Assembly: GCA_964229765.1 (NCBI GenBank)
Contig: CAXREJ010000044.1
Span: forward strand, 4,900-68,899
Direction: 5' to 3'
Length of the DNA stretch: 64,000 bases
Source of the DNA: Bdellovibrionales bacterium
GTDB taxonomy: Bacteria; Bdellovibrionota; Bdellovibrionia; Bdellovibrionales; JAGQZY01
In this document: positions 58,608 to 64,000 of the stretch, piece after piece
Layout of the letters: each line of letters begins with the position of its first letter
How positions within the stretch are numbered: position 1 is the first letter of the stretch
Made by a program: the position numbers and the translations under genes
The notes under the pieces: model-generated
Told to the model about the DNA's origin: nothing
Databases searched by the model: none
What the model saw: only the letters and a program-made list of their open reading frames with translations

Positions 58608-59303
58608 TTAATCACAAGGCTGTTCTTCGTTCCATCCTACAATCCAATGTTCGTTAAGGGGAATTCCTACTATTTTTGAAAGGGCTCGTAGGTTTCTGGT
58701 TAACTCAACATCTTGATTCGATGGTTCGAGACAATTGTTTGGATGGTTGTGAAAAAGCCAGAAGCTTTCTGCTTTTATATAGAGAAGGGTTTGTAATAGC
58801 TTCCGACAGCTTATTGAAACGGAAGATTCATCTCCTAGACTCAGTGGGATAAAGTTGCTGAAGCTTCCATCCATAAATTCGGCAATGATGCCAAAAGATT
58901 CAATAGGGGAGCATCGGAAATTTTCGGGAATTTTGTTTCGCAATTTCTTCCTTAAGTTTGTTGAAGAGTTCGATGTGGCGCTCTCCTCTTTTTGTTTGAA
59001 GCGCCAATATCTTTTTGCGATTTCAAAGGTTACTAAAAGGCGAGCTTGACCGGCGGGACCAATTCCTGGTTCCGCGTGAATGCGTGGGTAAATATCACTC
59101 TCAAAAATTCTAAAGAAATGAGATTCTTCTAGGGAGTGACCCTGAGTGTCTTCGAGTAGCTTGGCAGCCACTCCCATACAGCCAACACCTCTCGGACCAG
59201 TTCCCAATAAAATAGCTAAACATTCTCTTAAGCTTAAGCTTTCAGGTCCTTGAGATAAGCAACGCTCACGAGGTTTTTCCTGAATTAAAAGTGTTTGTAT
59301 CAT
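58608..59303 (-). CDS. radC: RadC-like JAB/MPN domain protein
   Basis: N-terminal KPRERCLSQGPESLSLRECLAILLGTGPRG, and the C-terminal JAMM motif HNHPNNCLEPSNQD. Confidence 0.85.
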   Translation of the reverse strand: MIQTLLIQEKPRERCLSQGPESLSLRECLAILLGTGPRGVGCMGVAAKLLEDTQGHSLEESHFFRIFESDIYPRIHAEPGIGPAGQARLLVTFEIAKRYWRFKQKEESATSNSSTNLRKKLRNKIPENFRCSPIESFGIIAEFMDGSFSNFIPLSLGDESSVSISCRKLLQTLLYIKAESFWLFHNHPNNCLEPSNQDVELTRNLRALSKIVGIPLNEHWIVGWNEEQPCD

Positions 59304-59329
59304 GAGAGTAATGCCAAAATTAAAATTGT

Positions 59330-59665
59330 TTATTTTGAGATTTTACGACTCAACCTCTGTAACACTTGACTGGCTTGCAAAAGTTGGTCTCGGTCTGAAC
59401 TGGAGATATTTAAATCAGAGACTAAAAAAAGTTCGATAACTGAAATTTTTAAGGATTCGGACAAGCAGACTAAAGTGGAAATTCTTATATCTCGATGTCG
59501 CTTTGACTCAATTTCATTGAGGGTCGTGATGGATACTCCAGATTTTTCAGAAAGTTCCAATTGGGTAAAACCCCTGTCCTCACGGACTTCGCGTAAGTTG
59601 AGTCCGATAGTTTGAAGGACCTTTTTTAATTCATCAGGAAGATCAGTTTTAGGAGGGCGACTCAT
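59330..59665 (-). CDS. XRE-family HTH transcriptional regulator
   Basis: FTQLELSEKSGVSITTLNEIESKR helix-turn-helix. It lies upstream of radC on the same strand. Confidence 0.8.
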   Translation of the reverse strand: MSRPPKTDLPDELKKVLQTIGLNLREVREDRGFTQLELSEKSGVSITTLNEIESKRHRDIRISTLVCLSESLKISVIELFLVSDLNISSSDRDQLLQASQVLQRLSRKISK

Positions 59666-59715
59666 TTTTTAAGTATAACTATGAGCAGCGCAGCTTGCTA
59701 TGTGTACATAATTTA

Positions 59716-59741
59716 CATAATTAGTACATGTACTAATTATG
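59716..59741. promoter_or_regulatory. perfect 26-bp palindrome between divergent XRE genes (candidate operator)
   Basis: CATAATTAGTACATGTACTAATTATG equals its own reverse complement. It lies in the 92-bp divergent intergenic region. Confidence 0.6.
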
Positions 59742-59757
59742 TTTAGTGGGAGGGTGT

Positions 59758-60045
59758 ATGGCCGGAATAAAAAAAGAACTTAGAGTCTTAGGTCCAGAGT
59801 GCAAGAAGTATCGACAATTAGCCGATCTCTCGCAAAGAGAGGTGGCTCGCAGATTAGGTTATGAAAGTGCCCAAATAATCTCCAATTTTGAGAGAGGACT
59901 TTGTGGTCTTCCACCTAAAAACCTTTTTGAATATGGTCGAATATGCGGGATTCCGGAGAGTGTCATCTTAGGGATAAGCCTATCAGAGTTTTTATACAGT
60001 ATGGCCGAGGAACTCTCACCGGGTAGTATAAAGGGGTTGTGCTAA
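59758..60045 (+). CDS. XRE-family HTH transcriptional regulator
   Basis: Start moved to the ATG (MAGIKKEL) preceded by GGGAGG. LSQREVARRLGYESAQIISNFERG helix-turn-helix. Confidence 0.75.
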   Translation: MAGIKKELRVLGPECKKYRQLADLSQREVARRLGYESAQIISNFERGLCGLPPKNLFEYGRICGIPESVILGISLSEFLYSMAEELSPGSIKGLC

Positions 60046-60490
60046 ATAGAGTGATTTTGCTTGAATCAAAATGTCTGGACATCTTCATTAAGAGGTTGTG
60101 GATGTTCGATTTTGCTATCACGACTTTTTGCTTTTGGCTACAGGCCTTGTATTCCAGCTTCAACTCAAGATTCACTCTGTGCTGAATTCCTATTAATAAA
60201 AAACTAAAGAAACTCTTACTACGTAAACAAAACGTAAATAGGATTTAGTCCTATTTTTCCGTTTACATAATAATTCTATTGTTTGTCTTATTAGAAGTTG
60301 ATGAAAAAAGTCTCAAAAGAGAAGTTGTCTTTTGAGTTTGCAATATTAAATTAAGATAAACTGATTCTTGAATAGTGTAATTAGGGTGTGGCGATAAGAA
60401 TTTATTTTTCGTTTTAACTTTAGATCATCTCTTTGAAAGGTGACTTATAGTATTTCAAGTGATCAGAGAATGCCGGTTGATGGATGTAAT

Positions 60491-60565
60491 TGGGGCCCCA
60501 TGGGCTTTAAGCACAGAGTTGTGCCTATAGGGCACAAAGCCGGTGGCGGGGCCCAATTCCTTGGG
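60491..60565. repeat. GC-rich hairpin element, copy B
   Basis: Core at 60512-60554, in direct orientation relative to copy A and preceded by GGGGCCCCATGGG. Confidence 0.85.
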
Positions 60566-61086
60566 TGTTTTTGTTGGTGGGAACTGTGGGCTCAACACAG
60601 TTGAAGAAACTTTCGATAGGTCAGTCAGATATGACGTTTGCTGACGGCTTTTCAATTTTGTGGGGCTTTTTTGTGAGTCCAAAGTTGAATGAGCATTCAA
60701 AGTTGGGTCTCACGCCCCGGGATCTGTTAAAGCCCTTTACTGTTGGGCTTTTCATCTCCCCCCGTTTGTTGAATCTAGGTATAGCAATGCTCTCTTCATA
60801 AGGGAAATTGATAATAATTATCTGAGTAATAGAATATTCTTATAGTTATAGTTCAGACACCTGTTACTTTAGTCCTGTTAAAAATACAGACATTTGAGTC
60901 TTGTAAATGCTTAAAAAACATAGGAATAAAAATTGTAACGCATAGCATCATATAAAAATTACCCATAGAAATTTTTATAGGGGCGAAACTGATCTCATCT
61001 TTGACACTTTGTTTTTGAAATCTTTTCTTAATTTTAGTGGATCAATTCATACTAAACAGGACAAATTTTTGTTAAAAGCCTGGCCT

Positions 61087-62424
61087 ATGGAAAGTGATGA
61101 ATCAAAATTGTCGGAAGATAAGCCCAAAGAAAATCAAAATAATGAGAAAAACCATGATCCTCTCAATGGACTTAATCCCGAGAGTCTCCAAAAAGAGTTT
61201 CAAGATCTCATTGAAAAGAAGTTTGGCGGTAAAGTTCAAGTGATGACTATGGGGGATGGCTTCCCTCATCAAGAAGAAGCAGAAATAAAAGATGACACCG
61301 TTGAAACCACAGCTAAAATTTTTGATTCCATTCAAAACTTTGAATACAAACCCAATCAAATAAAAAAACATTTGGATCGATTCGTCATCGGACAAGATGA
61401 TGCTAAGAAAGCCCTATCGATAGCAATCTGTGATCATTATAACCATTTAAAAGCGGATATGAGTCGTCAGGTGAACACTTCAGAAATTCATTATCAAAAA
61501 CAAAATGTCTTAATCCTCGGGCCAACCGGTGTTGGAAAAACCTATCTCGTGCGACTTATTTCTGATTTGATTGGTGTGCCCTTTGTAAAAGCGGATGCAA
61601 CACGCTTTAGTGAAGTTGGATATATGGGAGCCAATGTTGATGATATCATTCGAGACCTCGTGCAAGTGGCGGGGGGAGATAAGGATCTGGCTTCAAAGGG
61701 CATCGTGTATGTGGATGAAGTTGATAAACTGGCTTCCAAAAGAGATCATACGGGCCGTGATGTGAGTGGTCGCGGGGTGCAATTTAGTTTCTTAAGACTT
61801 TTAGAAAACACCGATGTGGATCTTAATTCGAGCCACGATATGGCTTCTCAGTTTAAAACCTTTATGAACTTTCAGAAAAAGGGAAAGGCTGAAAAAGAAA
61901 TTGTAAACACACGAGATATTCTTTTTATCTTCAGTGGTGCTTTTCATGGTTTAGAAGACATCATTCGCAATAGAATGAATGTGAAATCCATAGGACTTCA
62001 TGTCGACAAAAAATCAGAAGATGTTGCTGAAACACTTAAAGCCACTCAGGCAAAAGATTTAGTGGATTTTGGTTTTGAGCATGAGTTTATTGGTAGGCTC
62101 CCTATACGAGTGGCTTGTGATTCACTCGGTTCTGAAGAGCTTTACAAAATTTTAACGGAAGCCGAACTTTCAATCTTAGAGCAGTTTAAGACTTCTTTTT
62201 CCTATTACGGTATTGAACTGTCATTTACCAATGGGGCTTTAAAGCTTTTAAGTGAGAAAGCTTATGAGCAAAAGACCGGCGCAAGAGGTTTAACAGCTGT
62301 ATTAGAGGAATGTTTGCGGCCCTTTAAATTTGAACTTCCCTCAACTGCAATAACTAAGCTTGAAGTTAATGAGGACCTTATTGCAAACCCTCAAGGTTAC
62401 CTTCATCATCTTTTGCATTCATAA
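61087..62424 (+). CDS. ClpX-family AAA+ ATPase lacking the N-terminal zinc-binding domain
   Basis: Start moved to MESDESKL. LDRFVIGQDDAKKALSIAI, Walker A GPTGVGKTY, pore-loop-like VGYMGA, Walker B VYVDEVDK, RDVSGRGVQ, and sensor/Arg finger GARGL. There is no CxxC zinc ribbon. Confidence 0.75.
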   Translation: MESDESKLSEDKPKENQNNEKNHDPLNGLNPESLQKEFQDLIEKKFGGKVQVMTMGDGFPHQEEAEIKDDTVETTAKIFDSIQNFEYKPNQIKKHLDRFVIGQDDAKKALSIAICDHYNHLKADMSRQVNTSEIHYQKQNVLILGPTGVGKTYLVRLISDLIGVPFVKADATRFSEVGYMGANVDDIIRDLVQVAGGDKDLASKGIVYVDEVDKLASKRDHTGRDVSGRGVQFSFLRLLENTDVDLNSSHDMASQFKTFMNFQKKGKAEKEIVNTRDILFIFSGAFHGLEDIIRNRMNVKSIGLHVDKKSEDVAETLKATQAKDLVDFGFEHEFIGRLPIRVACDSLGSEELYKILTEAELSILEQFKTSFSYYGIELSFTNGALKLLSEKAYEQKTGARGLTAVLEECLRPFKFELPSTAITKLEVNEDLIANPQGYLHHLLHS

Positions 62425-62438
62425 TTCGAGGGAAAACC

Positions 62439-63284
62439 TTAAATGATGTTTTCAATGATGTGGAGACAGGCTCTACGATAGTTCTCTCCAAAAATAATAA
62501 AATGATTCAGCATATGATAGAGATTATAAATATGCTTTCTCTTTTCATACCCCTCAGAGAGAGGGAAGTGTTTATTGTAAGACTCATAGAATAAGGGAGA
62601 AAAACCGCCAAAGCATTCAGTCATCGCCAAATCAGATTCTCGGTCCCCATAGTAAAAGGCTGGGTCAATTAAATAGGGAAGAGACCCTTGCGCACACAAA
62701 ACATTGCCCTCCCAAAGATCTCCATGGAGAGGAGAGGCAAAGGCATCTTTGTAAGTGAGTAATTCAATGGTTTGGTTTTTAAGTCGCTCTCTTTGTTCAT
62801 CAGAAACAAGGCGTTCCCCGGTGCGTTCGATTTGATTCAGTTTAAAAGAAATTCGGTTTTCCCAGAAAAAAACGCCAGGATTTTGCTTGGCAATGGCGGT
62901 GGTCATATTGTTCTGTTGAGAGAGACCGATCCAATTGTTTTCTTTATAGCCGAAGTACTCTACTTTATTACTATGCATCTGGGCTAAGTTTTTACCAAGT
63001 TGCTCCCAAAAGTTTTTATCGGGCTCTTGGGAGGGGATGTAGTCAATAATAAGAAGATCTTGATCAGCATGGAAGACTTTCGGGACATGCTCATAATAAT
63101 GAGAGAGATCTTTTAAACCATTGGCTTCTTTCAAGCGGCTGTCATCAGAGTTCTGTGATGATTTTATAAAGTAACTATGATCACGGGTGGAAGCTATAAA
63201 GTTCGATCCCGCAGAGGGAGTCCACTCAATTATAGTTTCATTAAGAATATTTTCGATTCGCTCTTTTGCAATTCGTTCATTCAC
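62439..63284 (-). CDS. fructosamine/ketosamine kinase family protein
   Basis: HGDLWEGN catalytic motif, with the aminoglycoside-kinase-like fold order. Confidence 0.8.
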   Translation of the reverse strand: MNERIAKERIENILNETIIEWTPSAGSNFIASTRDHSYFIKSSQNSDDSRLKEANGLKDLSHYYEHVPKVFHADQDLLIIDYIPSQEPDKNFWEQLGKNLAQMHSNKVEYFGYKENNWIGLSQQNNMTTAIAKQNPGVFFWENRISFKLNQIERTGERLVSDEQRERLKNQTIELLTYKDAFASPLHGDLWEGNVLCAQGSLPYLIDPAFYYGDRESDLAMTECFGGFSPLFYESYNKHFPLSEGYEKRKHIYNLYHMLNHFIIFGENYRRACLHIIENII

Positions 63285-63289
63285 AGTGA

Positions 63290-63763
63290 TTAGCTGTTCT
63301 TTTCTTTTTGCAGGTGATCGAGCAGACCTTGGCAGGCGTCTTCTAACAAGTCCAGAACAAGCTCAAAACCATCAGCTCCACCATAATAAGGATCAGGAAT
63401 TTGGTCGTGGGGGTGGTCTGTGCAGAAGTCAGTGAGGCGACGAATTTTATGCTTATCAATATCAGCAGCCATAGCGACAACGTTGTTATAGTTGCTATTA
63501 TCCATAGTGAGGATGTAGTCGAACTCCTGGAAATCTTTCTTTTGAATCCCTCTGGCAATACTGGTGAGTTCGTATCCTCGTTTTTTTGCGTGTTCAATCA
63601 TACGTGGGTCAGCCGGCTCTCCAGTGTGATGAGCAGCTGTACCACAAGAGTCTATTGAGATCACATCTGCCAAACCAGCATCAACAACCATTTTTGTGAA
63701 CACACCTTCAGCAGAAGGGGAGCGACAGATGTTTCCAAGGCAAACAAATAAAACTTTTTTCAT
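63290..63763 (-). CDS. low-molecular-weight protein-tyrosine phosphatase
   Basis: Start moved to MKKVLFVCLGNICRSP (CX5R P-loop), with a DPYYG Asp loop. The ATG overlaps the upstream stop (ATGA). Confidence 0.9.
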   Translation of the reverse strand: MKKVLFVCLGNICRSPSAEGVFTKMVVDAGLADVISIDSCGTAAHHTGEPADPRMIEHAKKRGYELTSIARGIQKKDFQEFDYILTMDNSNYNNVVAMAADIDKHKIRRLTDFCTDHPHDQIPDPYYGGADGFELVLDLLEDACQGLLDHLQKEKNS

Positions 63764-64000
63764 TGGACCTCTCCTTCTTCTCTTGGAGTTATTTTCCTCA
63801 TCTGCCACAGCTGTTGGCTGAGATAAGGTCTACGCGTTTCTCCGGTACAGACTAACAAAAGTTTAGTGATTTTTAAATTAACAGGATCTGTAAAAAGCAA
63901 AACCAGCATTTCGCGGATAAAGTTGGTATTGAGAGTGATATAATTGTCTGTTCCAACCCCTAATTTAAGACCTTTCTTTTCCCACCAAGAGAAGGGATGA
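63760..64000 (-). CDS. amidohydrolase-like protein, C-terminal fragment (N-terminus outside window)
   Basis: Manual translation gives ...HPFSWWEKKGLKLGVGTDNYITLNTNFIREMLVLLF...GEVQ*. GxGTD is typical of metal-dependent amidohydrolases. This is a weak call. Confidence 0.4.
   Translation of the reverse strand, partial: HPFSWWEKKGLKLGVGTDNYITLNTNFIREMLVLLFTDPVNLKITKLLLVCTGETRRPYLSQQLWQMRKITPREEGEVQ

Noticed and set aside
60455-60801. Two ORFs (81 aa minus strand, 78 aa plus strand)
   Set aside because: They run through GC-rich repeat copy B and overlap each other antisense. They show no start context or motif.
1-64000. Search for CRISPR arrays, rRNA, tRNA genes, transposases and integrases
   Set aside because: By eye I saw no regularly spaced direct repeats, no rRNA-like conserved blocks and no cloverleaf tRNA apart from the tRNA-like ends of tmRNA. 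There is no DDE/tyrosine recombinase ORF, and only the decayed serine recombinase fragment at 18.5 kb. A tRNAscan or Infernal run would be needed to be certain.

Overview
This is a 64-kb chromosomal segment from an AT-rich Gram-negative bacterium. OmpA- and MipA-type outer-membrane proteins, many lipobox lipoproteins and frequent TTG/GTG starts support that. The gene content would fit a Bdellovibrio-like organism, but I cannot verify this. All product calls come from reading the supplied translations and my own manual translations, matching motifs from memory; no searches were run.

Most of the window is housekeeping or conserved-hypothetical genes:
- Redox: glutathione peroxidase, two GSTs, bacterioferritin-like protein, PQQ sugar dehydrogenase.
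- Regulation and nucleic-acid functions: cold-shock protein, a CpxP-like/ECF sigma/anti-sigma operon, ABC-F ATPase, YajQ, YciH, RadD helicase.
- Transport and membrane: MgtC, MntP, APC permease, an LplT-acyltransferase fusion, fatty-acid desaturase.
- Other: patatin-like lipase, PhnA/YjdM, a ClpX paralog, fructosamine kinase, LMW tyrosine phosphatase.

One RNA gene is clear: tmRNA (ssrA) at 50673-51035 on the minus strand, with its terminator. I also read a guanidine-III (ykkC-III) riboswitch directly upstream of a SugE/Gdx exporter (38526-38566).

Two accessory regions stand out:
- Island 1 (about 14.3-19.6 kb): a gamma-class N6-adenine methyltransferase with a small putative endonuclease. 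It also has an unrecognisable 351-aa protein translationally coupled to a 4-TM protein, which is my best candidate for an undescribed defence pair. A decayed serine-recombinase fragment follows.
- Island 2 (about 40.7-50.6 kb, abutting tmRNA): an AbiA-like reverse transcriptase with a C-terminal HEPN-like motif, a BcnI/MvaI-family type II R-M pair, and a PUA/EVE-like plus cold-shock-domain-like gene pair. It also has an MmeI-family methyltransferase fusion whose nuclease motif has the catalytic Lys replaced, in an operon with a HARE-HTH/Mrr nuclease.

Three families of non-coding repeats are present:
- GC-rich modular hairpin elements at 12.0, 58.5 and 60.5 kb.
- A 56-bp GTGACAGTCAC-bearing palindromic element at 38.1, 39.5 and 45.1 kb.
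- A single 178-bp unit bounded by perfect 21-bp inverted repeats at 22.9 kb.

I found no rRNA, tRNA, CRISPR array, intact transposase or integrase.
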